A stretch of DNA of 64,000 bases from Paraspadella gotoi (lineage: Eukaryota; Animalia; Chaetognatha): contig CM119265.1 in NCBI GenBank assembly GCA_051294375.1, forward strand, positions 22,456,636-22,520,635. The letters run 5' to 3'. Below the pieces are notes generated by a model, which was given only the letters and a program-made list of their open reading frames with translations, was not told where the DNA came from and ran no database searches. Numbering within the stretch: the first letter of the stretch is position 1; each line of letters starts with the position of its first letter. Shown one piece after another: positions 13,166 through 43,731 of this stretch. Made by a program: the position numbers and the translations under genes.

Positions 13166-15957
13166 TCAAAGTAAACGACAATGCCTCTTCTTTCCCGCGT
13201 TTTGAGCGGCGGGCGGATGGAAGTGGATAAGGAACGCCTCCGAAAAAAGTTGACTGAGTCCGTCGCGCGTCTTGGCCGAACATTCCATATAGCAATCGGC
13301 ACCGACCTCTTCTTGCAGCTTGTGGCCCCGTTTGGCGCTGATGCAGCGGTCGCTTACCTGTTGGACGGCGGCGGGAGAAAAGGGCGGGGGCGAGTGGGAC
13401 GGAGTGGAGCGGATCGTTTCAAGGCGAATAGTTCAGAAATGGAGAAGAGATAGAAATGGGCAAAAAGGACGAAAGATGAAGAGGGTTAACGTAACGGGAA
13501 TAAAAAATATACTGTGACAGAGAAGATATACTGTGGAGATTAGGCATTGGCTGAGAAGGAATTGAAGGCGATTAGAATTATTTAAGAGTTTAAACTAACT
13601 TATTTGTAAAACCTTAGAATACAAGAAAGAAGATATGTTCCTCAATCTCATTTGCATATTTTCGTATTCTGATTAAGCTTTGATAAAAAATTTTTCTATT
13701 ACCCTAAAGGTTTAATATTAATATTTTACATTGGTAAATGATATTGTGACTTATTTATAGCTAAATTTAAATAGCTAAATTAAAGAAGATTCTGAAAGGC
13801 GGGTTCTAATTTGCGACAATATTCTTAACAAAAAACCCGATTAAAGCGAAGCATATGAAATCCTTCGAGCCCCTCTTGTCCCACATCCGAAGAGTGTCTC
13901 TGTCAATTTAAAGTTTAATAAAAGGAGAAGAAGAAAAGTCGGTTTATCCGTCGAGTAAACAAAGAAGGAAAACCCGACTCTCCTCTCTTGTGTGTCAAAC
14001 AAACAAACAAAGAAAATGCGCCCTCTTGTCGCTCACGGTGAAAATAAACAAAGGAAATGCGCCCTCTTGTCGCTCACGGAGGAAAAAAAAACAAAAAGGC
14101 AATGAAGCTGTTTTTATTGAAAATGAAATATTAGATTAGGAAAACGTTCCTTACCACAGTTTATCTTTCAAGTAAATAAATGAATAAAATAGATAAAGAA
14201 AAAGTTGAACATTCATTTGCAAATCAATCAAGGTAAGGCAAAAAAATATAAAACCCTAGTCTTTTGGACAAAAAGCATGCAATGATAGAATATTATTATT
14301 TTAGTTTCTCAAAGGCCGAGCAACCAAAGACTCTGTCCAGTTTTTGATGGGATTGAATATGAACCAAAGTTTTAAATTTTACATTCACCAATAAAGAAAT
14401 TGTCAAAAGTCTAGTTCTTTCGGGCTCCAAGAATGAAAAGATAGAAAGAAGTTGTCTCTCACGGGTCGAGTAAACAAACACGCCCTGTAAACAAAGAAAG
14501 AAAAGGCGCCTACTTGTCGCTTATCGGTTTTCGTTCCAACGACGATGAGTTTGGCTGCAGGCACGTGGTGTCGCACTTCGGGGACCCACTGAGGAAGAAC
14601 CCACCGATAAAAACTTCACTCTCATCAGTTTTTTTTTTTTAGTCAAAAGTACCTAAATTACCTAAAAGTAATTTAGGGTTTTAGTTACTAACATTAAGTA
14701 GGAGTAATTAATATTATGAGGTTAATATATTAACAAATTTAAAGCACAAGGTTTTTACAAAAAAACATAAAAACAATACTTATTTTATAAAATAAAATCT
14801 CAATTGGTCATAATTTTTTTAAACCCGTCCTATCTACATCTACATCTACATGTACCTTTTGCTTGATGTTGTTGAATGAATTTTCCTGATCAACCGAGAA
14901 GCAAACCATGAATACGTTGGTGCCAGGATAAGCCAGGGGTCGTAACCTGAGGTTTAAAAATAAACCTTTTGTGGCATACTTTTAAGTATTTACTTCAGTT
15001 GTTTATGGTTGACCTGTCGTATTCCTCTTGACCGGCCGTGTCAAAAATCTCCACTGTTCGCTTCGTATTCAATATTGTAATAGACATGCTGAATAGCAAA
15101 GGACGTAGGGAAAAAAATCACCAATAAATTTTTGTATTATTATTAAGTTAAGTTAATTTATTATAAAGTTAGAAATATTGTGTATTTTTATGGACCTTGT
15201 GAGAGCGAGACATAAACGTCTTGTTTTAAAACCTTTTGTAAAACTTTTAGATTTAACTTTGAAGATTTAATTCGAGATTCAATTACTAATCTAAGAATTA
15301 ATAAGAACAAACTAGAATAAACAAGAAGTAACATCAAGAACTGTCTCGGCTATAAAACGAACCTGTAAGTATCGAATACTGTAGGGACATATTGATCCGG
15401 GAATCTGTTGTCCGCGTATGCCATGATGAGGCAGGTCTTACCCACAGCCCCGTCGCCGACAATCGCCAGCTTCATTCGATTCTTGGGGTATGGAGATAAT
15501 GAGAGGGAAAGGAGTTGAAAAGAAAGGTTGAAGAAGGTTTTAGAAAATGCTTTGAGTTGCGAAATAATAAAGAGTTCCTGGGGAGAAAAACTTACTTCAC
15601 CGACTGACGTCGGATAAAATGGAAGTATGAAAGACTTACCTTTCACATATCGGCGCCGGTAAAGTCAATGATATCGCCATTAGTCAACCTTACTTTATTC
15701 CCTTTACTAACTTTTTGTCCCTGGAGCTTTTGGTTTTTTTTTGGTTTTTTTTCATTTTTCGTGTTCATTTTATTAGTATTCCAGAGTAGTAGTCGGTAGT
15801 CGACTTTTTATTATCTGTTATTGCTCGATTGAGCTTATTGTATAACGATGGTACAATGTTTTCTCCGTTATCGCTCCAACGATAATTGCCCATTACTTCC
15901 CTTTTCGGTGTATTACTGACCCGTCAGTCCGCCATTACTCACCTTCTTTTCCTCCAT
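13166..15957 (-). CDS. Rho-family small GTPase, paralogue B (188 aa, CAAX CRLL), very short Rho insert
   Basis: Six exons: 15957-15943 (MEEKK, less certain), 15481-15363, 15088-15014, 14946-14856, 14588-14514, 13357-13166. Motifs: [47 protein letters not shown], polybasic KKRH plus CRLL. Exons 2-4 have the same sizes as in paralogue A (119/75/91 nt). Confidence 0.94.
13950..14090. repeat. Short ~41-bp direct repeats AAACAAAG(G)AAATGCGCCCTCTTGTCGCTCACGG
   Basis: Two near-identical copies (cores 14017-14032 and 14058-14073) plus degenerate copies at ~13868, ~13955 and ~14488-14527. Confidence 0.75.
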
Positions 15958-16044
15958 TTCGGTCCGACGTTCGATTTCGCTGGAAAAAAAAAGATAATCC
16001 TCAGAAATCGGACTTTGATCGATTCGACAGAAAAATGGATTCGA

Positions 16045-16161
<117 letters not shown>

Positions 16162-18844
16162 TTCCTCTCCTGAAGGAACTGATACGTCATACAAGTGATG
16201 GCATCTCCCTAGACAAATCTATAATCTATTAAGAAAGATTAACAAAAGTATTTATTCCCGTAGATTATTTAATTGGTTAAATTCTCGATTTTATCCTAAA
16301 ATATAATCCATAAATTATGATTGTGAAAAGGACGCATCAGAAACAAAACTAAAATACCAAGTTTTGTCACTTGGAAGGCGAGAATGACGACGACGACGAC
16401 GAAAATCCGAGACAGAGCGGCTTTGACTTTTAGACCCGCATCAAGAGTGACCAAGACAGTTAAGACCCTCATGCTGGGCTGTCACTGTCGCTGTCGAAGT
16501 CGAAGTCGACAGAAGCGAAGAGTTGTTCAAACGAACAGCAGCGACAACTGTGTATGACATTCTCAGCAGTAACTCGCAAAGATAATTCAAGAGCTTGGGA
16601 AACTCCACTGATTTTTAATTGGTTTCTCATACACATCAAAAAGATTTGTTTTTAAGATTAAATCGCGTAATTGTAGTTGAATCGATGCATTCAGATTCCA
16701 GAACTATACTGACTATTACTGCATAATTTAACTCCATTCCTGCTTGTCTGCTCAAACCTGCACCTACCTGAACCTGCACCCTCCTGCACACTCCTGCACC
16801 GTCCTTAAACTCGCCTGCACCCGTCAGCCTAATGCAGATTAAACTGATTTTTTTTTTTCGAAGACGCAACTTCGACGCAAACGACACTGGCAGCAGCTGG
16901 CGTTTCTGGTTCGAAGAAAACAAAAGTGGGCGTGGAGAAGGAAAAAGGAAGTAGGTGCTGGAGTTGACGAAAAACAAAATGACAAAGGAAAAGAAAAGGA
17001 GGAATTGAATGGGGAAAAATTGAAGTTTCGCTAACAAAAAAAAAAAATATTTAAAAAGAAAATTTAGCTCAAAATGAAAACGCTTTCTCATTGATAGCAT
17101 TTTAGAAGCGCGTCATATAATTTGTGAGAGACACCTCGCTCGAACTTACCCCTCTACCCCTCGTTCCATCGAAAATTACGGCACGGGGGCCAAGGAAACC
17201 AAAGAGTCCTCACCCATCGAAAGAGGGAAAAGCTAAAAATACGACTGGGTTCCGGGGGTCGAACTCATGGGAAATAAATCAAGGGGAGCAACGAGGAACC
17301 CATAGAGCAAAATCGACCCGACCGAATCATTTTTCACGGTGCTTTATTGTACTTTATTGTACTTTATTGTACCATTTTTTTTAAATAGATACGAGTCTTT
17401 AAATGAAGAAAAAGAAATCCTTTCTGTTTGCTCAAGAGAAAAAAATTCAGAATAATAATTGTCGCTAATTGTTGATCAATAAGACTTCGTCTCAACGCTC
17501 TTTGGAACAGCCAATCCTGATGGCTGTTTGAAGCAGCGCGAATGCGTATATTTTATCAACAGTCCTTTCGACTCGCCGATTCTGTTGGTAAAGTGTGATT
17601 GCACTAGTGTAACCGCGCCAGTCGTAGACGGCGCTTATCTGGAATGGAACGCCGAAGCCCCTGACGCCAGTGGGCAGTGGCCAGTGGGCAATCTCAGGTT
17701 ATTCCCATTTGTCTATATGTTCTGCGGGAAAAGCTATTCTTAAAATAAAATACAGTATTTATAGTATAAAAATATTTGGTTTTTTTTTGGGGGGGGTGGA
17801 ATTTAATCGCTCATTAATTAATAAGTCTTTTTGTTTTCCTTTTTCCTTGAAACTCTTTCCTCGGGCGTCTGGACGGAAATGAACGGGAAATTCCGCGATT
17901 AAAGACTAATAGTCATAGTAATAGTAATAGTATTATATCGTCGGTATTCATGGAAAAGTAACGACAAAACGTCCTTCTTTATTATCATTTCATTATCAGT
18001 TACTATCGTTTCATTTAATCATCGCAGGAATCGAGACAAGCGATGTAATGTTCCTGGAATTTTTTTTTCTTTTTAGAGGGGGGGGGCGGGAGGAGGGCGA
18101 AGGTTCTATCGATATATAATGCTGAGATCGAGCGACGGCGCAGAGGAACAGGACCAGTAAAAAAAAAGAGGAAAGTCTTTCAATGTGAATCAGAAAATAA
18201 AAGGACAAAACATAATGAAAGGAAAAACGAAACGGGAGAAATATTTGTAAAAAAAAAAAATAAAAAAAAATAAAATAAAAAGGAAAGGAAACAGAGTGAA
18301 GAAAAAAAGTTGACATGGAAGGTAAAGGGAAAAAAAAAGGAAAAAAGGTTAAGACCGTTCTTGTTGAAACTCCAAGAAACTGTTGAAGCGTACGAACTGC
18401 CTACTACGCAGCCAGTGTCTACTGTATCGTACTGGCCAGATGCGTCGTCGGCGTGCCTTATCTTTTTGTTTTCTTTGATGACGCCTAAAAGGGGACCGGT
18501 AATGACGTCATCCGCAATTGGCGGCGGAATTCTCGTCGATTCCGTCAGGTGTCACTCTCAATCTGGTCTCAATCGTGGAGGGAGGGGAAGAGAAAGAGGA
18601 AGATGTAAAGAAGAAGGAAGATAGAGAGAGAAAGCGATCGGGATGAATTGGTTCTATGTAAGAAGGAATGTAAGTTGATTTGAAGAGGGCGGCGAATTAA
18701 CATTAAAAAAGTATTAAGAATAGAAAAGAGGGTGAAATTGAAAAAAAAAAATGAAGCGATAGACAAACAAACGATGTAAAATTGTAAATGGTAGGTGAGA
18801 ACGATTTGAGTTAGGAGTTAGAAAAGTAAAAGGAAAAGTAAAAG

Positions 18845-19010
18845 AAAAAAAAGGAAAAGAAAGGGAAAGGTAAAAAAATGAAAAGAAAGGGAAAGGTAAA
18901 AAAAGGAAAAGAAAGGGAAAGGCAAAAAAAGAAAAAGAAAGGGAAAGGTAAAAAAATGAAAAGAAAGGGAAAGGTAAAAAAAGGAAAAGAAAGGGAAAGG
19001 TAAAAAAAGG
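18845..19010. repeat. ~25-bp polypurine minisatellite
   Basis: Tandem units resembling AAAAAAGGAAAAGAAAGGGAAAGGT. Confidence 0.85.
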
Positions 19011-21422
19011 AATTATTGTTCATTTCGCGGGAGAAGAAGAAGATGATGACGATGATGATGACGATGAGAAGCTCGAGACCGCATCGAGTCCCCGATGGGA
19101 AAAAAAACCTTCTCTTTGTTCCGTTTCTAACAAACTTATCACACTTAAAAACATATTTAATCTTTTGAAAAAAGAAAGAAAATTGAAAAAAAAAAGAAGT
19201 CGCTGACTAATCTATTTTCGGCACCGGCCTTGTCTCCTTTCCCCTGCTCTATCTAGTTTGGATTGCATTTACATTGCATTTAGCAGATTCGCACATGGAC
19301 CGCCTAAGATTTTTGAAAATATGGATTTTTTGTTTTTGTTTTTAAGAGTTTGATTTTGAATTTTAAGTCGAAAGTTTTTAAAAAGGTTTATGTTCCGGGA
19401 AAAGTCTTTTTATTTATCGGCCTCGGGTTTTGTGTTCTTTCGCGGATGTTCCTTTTCGCGAGTCGTCGTCAAGTGTAGACGAGAGAGTCGCGTGTTGACG
19501 AGAGAAAACTGTCGACGACGACGACGGCGACGATAACGAAGAATTCAACAATAACGCTTTGGATGCATTTCGTAACATTGAGAAGAAAGCCCATAATAAC
19601 GACGATGACAAAGAATTTAAACGAATGACGACGATGATGGAGAAAACGTCAATGAATTCAAAGACGCGGCCATATTCATAAAGATTTCAGTGTCGCTTTT
19701 AACTTTAACTAAATAAGAGCTTCGGCGACAACAACAACAAGTCACAACAACGACGACAACCAGCGCCGCGATATTAGAGGGACTCGCGAGGAAGAAGGGT
19801 GAAGGGTAACGCGCAATAACCATAAATAAACAATTCCATCTCGGGCGAATTCTCTCCCGATATCGGGTCTTCAGCCACGGAGACCACTCTTTATGTATAA
19901 ACATTATTTAATAAATAAGCTATCTTGCCCCTGACTTTTGGACAATATTTTGACAAAAAGAATCAAAAATTCGAAACTATCTCAGTCTAAAGTATAATTA
20001 CTTTCCTTTAAATTTCTTTAGGATCTGAGGTCATTTGTAAAGTCTCGTCAATTTCTCTATTTTGAAATCTTACTAAATTTTGAAAAATTAAAGTCGCCAA
20101 TTTATTTCCTAAAATCTTTGTTGTCAGCGACAGCAGGAACGGCGTAGATTTCCGGCCCATCCGACACGCCCACTGTCGTATTGACGAACCGGAACTCCTA
20201 CATCCGGCTCCGACGTCTCCTCGGTTTTTACGCTCGGACGGATCCGTTACGTGCAGAGGAAACCCCAAGGTCTTAGGGTTTGAAAGGGGTTAAGTTTGCT
20301 TGTTACGCAATCGGCGCTAGCGTTTTTACTCCTTCTCCAAGTTTTTTTTTTTTTGTTTTTTTTTTTTTTTAAGAAAAAAATTGAGGTGTCGCTAATGAAG
20401 CGGGGAAAAAAAAGTAAGCTGTTTGGGAAAGCTAAATCTGAACGAACAAAACAGTGAAAGGGGAAAAAAAAACCTGTCCTAATAGGGAAACTTAAGCAAA
20501 TAACGAGAAGGATATTTTATTCCGCGTCATAGTACATTTTAACTTTTACCTCCAGTTGATACTAATGGATTTTACATACAGAATAAGAAGTAAGTAAACC
20601 TTCTCTTCCGCCTCGTTTTCAAATTTTTGATAATTTTGAAATGACTTCAAAACTGCCTTTTTGTTTCCTAAAATTGGCGCGTAAAATTTTAAGCTGGCGC
20701 GGAGTTTCAAAAATGGGAGGCAATTGTCGCTAAGAGGATCAATTTTAATATTCTTCCCTTTCCCTCTCTTTTTCTACTTTTTTTTTTTTTTTTTTTTTGC
20801 CTCTCTCCCTTTTCGTTCGCATAATGACTCTCATTTTGTATATTTCTTCTCGTGTTTTATTTTAGTTTGTTTCATTCTGTTCTTAACTTTCGACAGTTCA
20901 GTTTCCTGTTTCCCCCTGCCACCCCCCACCCCAACCCCACCCCCCCCCCCGACTCCCTCCTCAACTCGTGGAAAGCGGAAATCGTTGGCTTCGTCGATTT
21001 CTTGGAAATGTCGTCTGACAGATTTGGCGAAAGCGTCTCGGCTCTGAATCGGGCGCGACCGCTAAACGACGACGACGACGACGACGACGAACGACGACGA
21101 CGACGATGACAGAAAAAGGCGGCGACAAAACTTCCGACGCCGACGAGACAGCTAGACCTGCAAGACGGGGAAAATTGCGAACCAAATTCATTGACGGATT
21201 TCTTGCTGATTAAAACGTCTGTTTGGTCTGTTGGCGTCTCCTTGTTTGTTGTCATAAGAAACGAAATAACCGAATTATGAAAATTTACAAATTTACTTGT
21301 TTCATTATTTGAAGTTTTAGTTTTTAGAATATTTATTACGAATTATTATTAGGTAAGGAAAAACGCTATAGGGTATCAACTCGTTAAACCATCGTTGTCA
21401 TCTTTAAATCGTCACAATATTC

Positions 21423-21472
<50 letters not shown>

Positions 21473-21763
21473 TATCTTTCGTTTCCTTTCGTGCCGCGAA
21501 TGACTTTTATTTACTTTTTTTATTCCTTTAGATTTGAGACGAAAGAACTAAAATTGGAAAAGGTTTTTTTTTTTTTCTGTGTCGAAGAAAAAAGTGTAAC
21601 TGGAGCAGTTTGCTTTCAAACGCCGATGAAACTTGGCTGAAATGCTTTTTTCTTAAAACGACTGCTCACCTTTTGATGCGGCATATATAAACCGTTATAT
21701 TGGAAGTAAAATAATACAATACATAATACGAAATGCGATATTCAATGCGATATTCAATGTATA

Positions 21764-22196
21764 TTCAATTCAAAAAGAACCTTACTTTTTAACCTATTGA
21801 TGTAATCAAGGGACTGGTCTTTTTATATATATACAATTGAAACATTCTTTAAAATACGTTATTGATAAGGAGTTATTAAACTATTATACATGGAGGTCAA
21901 ATTGAGAGCTGCGATTGCTTCCGTTTACCCGAGTTCATATGAAATTGTTCCAATTAATATGAAAGAAATTCATTCATTTAATAAATAAGCTATCTTGCCC
22001 CTGACTTTGGACAGGCTACATCTTACAATATAATGATATAGCTGGACTCTCCAAGCTTGTAATCAAGACTCTTTCACAGTCTAGTTTAATAACCCCTTAT
22101 CAATCACGTATTTTAAAGATTGTTTCAATTAAAATAAAAAGATCAGTCCCTTGATTACATCAATAGGTTAAAAAGTAAGGTTCCTTTTGAATTGAA
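21764..22196. mobile_element. Inverted-repeat element with ~115-bp arms (MITE-like)
   Basis: 21764-21883 is the imperfect reverse complement of 22082-22196. Part of the spacer (TAATAAATAAGCTATCTTGCCCCTGACTTT) also occurs at ~19910-19940. No clear TSD. Confidence 0.7.
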
Positions 22197-22385
22197 GGGC
22201 AACATTTTAGAGATTGAATGAGTGGAAATTAGTAATGAATTTAATCAAACTGTTGATGAGGGGTCGGACCGCAAAATTGCAGGTCGTTCTGCTTATTGGC
22301 TTTCCCCCTTGATTTTGTTTTTTTGGAAAAAGAAAATCAGTCGCGGGTTTTTTTCAAATTCATAAAACGAGATAAGGTCGAACGC

Positions 22386-22438
<53 letters not shown>

Positions 22439-22537
22439 ATCTTAATCTCTGTCTCTATAAAAACCTAAGGGGAAAGAGAGCAGAAGATAAGTAGACCGAA
22501 GATGATGCAAGAATAAAGAAAAGGCAGGTGCCACGCA

Positions 22538-22600
<63 letters not shown>

Positions 22601-23157
22601 GTCGTCAATGGCCGCCTACGTTTCTGCCTATAAGTTTTATCAAGTCGACATTTTGTCGATCAAGTTAAATTTCAGAGTTTGAAAAATCCAAAATGGCCGT
22701 CATAGTTTTTTCTGTTTTTCGAGGTGGTTGTCATGGTAATCCGAGGGATTTATTGCTTTGCAGCGGTGAAGTCAGCGCAAAGTCGTTATTGAGTGGAAAC
22801 GTGAAGACGAAAAAGATAAAGGCGACAATGACGACGACGACGACGACGATGTTATCCGGAGATTTGTCAAATTGTTTTTGCTAATTTCGTTGTCCTTATT
22901 GATTACGTGCAGCTGAAGCGGCTACTCAATTGAAATCACGTAAATGACGCAAAAAGGACATTGTGATAAAAAAAAAGAACAACTAATGCAATGCGATATT
23001 AATTACGACTGTAAATTGTAAAAAGAGTGTGCTACTTTAAAGACGATGGCAACTTTCGCTTCGAAGTTGTTTCACTCTTTCCGGTTTAAGAGAAGTCGTT
23101 TGTCAATTGAATAACGTGTTACCTCATTTTTTCTTTGGTTTCTTTTTCTTTTTCTTT

Positions 23158-23400
23158 TTAGTTGCACCGCGAGTACTCACGGAGCAACTCTATAAGTCAC
23201 TTTTCGGTCGGTCTGTCGGTCGGTCGGTATGTCTGTCCGTCGGTTTGTCCCACTTACGTTAAAAATACATATCAGGAATTTCTAAAGCACGCGTCGTAAA
23301 TACAGGGGCAAAAAAAATTTATATCATGTCATATCATGTGATCAAAGGTAAATACACGTAAAAATAAAGTCACTGCGGCGCAACACATTGGAATTACCGT
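23158..23400 (+). mobile_element. HINE/DINE-1-like (Helentron-associated) element
   Basis: Sits in a T-rich site. It has a 5' hairpin (AGTTGC...GCAACT) followed by CTATAAGTCAC and a (GTCG/GTCT)n microsatellite, and a matching subterminal repeat GCGGCGCAAC near the 3' end. A reverse-complement fragment lies at ~39540-39632. Confidence 0.65.
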
Positions 23401-24221
23401 TTTTGTTCTTTTCTTTTTCTGTTCTTCGTATTTCTTCTTTTTATAATTTTATGTTCTCACACTTTTTTTCCTTTCAGTTTCACAAGTTTCTTTCTTTCCT
23501 TTCGAGGTTTCGGTTTTTAATTTCTTTCTTTTTTCTTCTTTCTTTACTCAGTTTCATTTTAATCCCGCGAGCCCCGTTATTAAAGTTTTACGCTCTTTTT
23601 TTTTCTCCGCTCTTTTTTTTTTTTTTTGTTTGGGGGGGGTGTTGGGGGTTGAGGGAGGAAAAAGGAAGGGCTTGGGGTATGAGAACAGGAGGGGGGCGAT
23701 CATCCATGGGGGGCCGATAGGCGTAAACTAATCACACTCGAGCAAAATTAGAGTCGAGAAAAATTCTGTCAGAAACCGAAACTCCTCATAAACAAGTTGT
23801 TAAAGAATTAAAAATAATCGTTGTCTTATAAATATTATTCTAGAGTTGGAACATTTCGGGATGTAACAAAAATCTATACGTGTTTAAATTCTATATCACA
23901 TCATCTATTCAAATTCATAAAGACTATAAAATATAATGAAGATATTCAAAATGATGATGTTTTTTTATTTTGTATCGGAAACATCTTCCTAACAAATTAG
24001 GGATTCAAGATTAAAAAATAATTAGTTTTAAGATATTAAAGAACTTTACAAAAATAAAGTTTTATAAATTTAGAAAAAGAACAAAACTTAATAAATTTCA
24101 AATATTTTTTAATGTTTTATATACTTATCTGAAGTATTTGATAATAGCAGGCGGGTGAAAGAGACGAGAATGAAGACGGCGGCGGCAGGTGGCTTTTGTT
24201 TCAATTCGCGTGTCGCGTCTC

Positions 24222-24329
<108 letters not shown>

Positions 24330-24830
24330 TCTCTCCTCCAAAATCCCGCTTCTATCCTTTCCCATTTAAGGCGCTTACCATTCGCCCCCCGCCACGCTCC
24401 TCGCTTTTGCCTTACCTTTCCTTGGCTCGCGCCATGTCATGTCCTGGCGCCAAATCCAACTTTAGAACTTACCTCGATGAATCTCGAACTTAACTTTTAA
24501 AAAATTCATAAGAAAAACAAAGGGTAAAATTTATTATTGTTACTTCTTCGATGTTATAAATTGCTAATCTTTATAGAAATAACCTAGTTGATATTCCTAA
24601 TAATAATAATTACCAAAAAAATTCCTCTTTCAAATCCCTGCTTCTTCGTTGATGTCAAACCTACCCTCTTTGGTTGCTGCGACAGAACGCAAGGGAAGAA
24701 CCTTACCTTGGTTAGTTCCTCCTCCTCTTCCTCCTCCCTTTAACGGACGCCGAAACAGCTCCTCGTCCTCCGTCGAAAGCAATACCATCTGCTCATCACG
24801 TGACGACTTTGTGTTACCTGAGGTCCTCAA

Positions 24831-24862
<32 letters not shown>

Positions 24863-24900
24863 AGGACGGCGGCGATGTCATCGTCCCCCGCCAGCGTCGC

Positions 24901-25007
<107 letters not shown>

Positions 25008-25185
25008 CGCCCTCTCTCTCTCTTCATCTTCTCTCCCGTATTTTTTATTACTCAGCCAATAAGTCAGTCAATATTTGACCTTCTTCCCTCCAGCCCCGCG
25101 CGGTATTGTGTTATTTTTTCGACGTCCGATTGTATCTTAAGACGAAATAATATCGAACTAGTCCCCGCGACATAAAATCGTATCA

Positions 25186-43731
<18,546 letters not shown>

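Noticed and set aside
15596-15680. Alternative first coding exon of Rho B ([13 protein letters not shown])
   Set aside because: It ends in phase 2, which is incompatible with the phase-0 acceptor at 15481. MEEKK at 15957-15943 fits and parallels paralogue A.
19500-19680. Acidic frame with KK/KR pairs resembling a neuropeptide precursor
   Set aside because: There is an in-frame stop just upstream and no signal peptide, start or acceptor. The pattern is driven by GAC repeats.
19845-19880. CTGAAGA plus hairpin on the minus strand as a hammerhead
   Set aside because: No GAAA box follows the stem directly, and there is no stem III.
20128-20285. GC-richer patch after a CAG acceptor as an exon
   Set aside because: No partner exons or recognisable motif were found, so the call cannot be supported.
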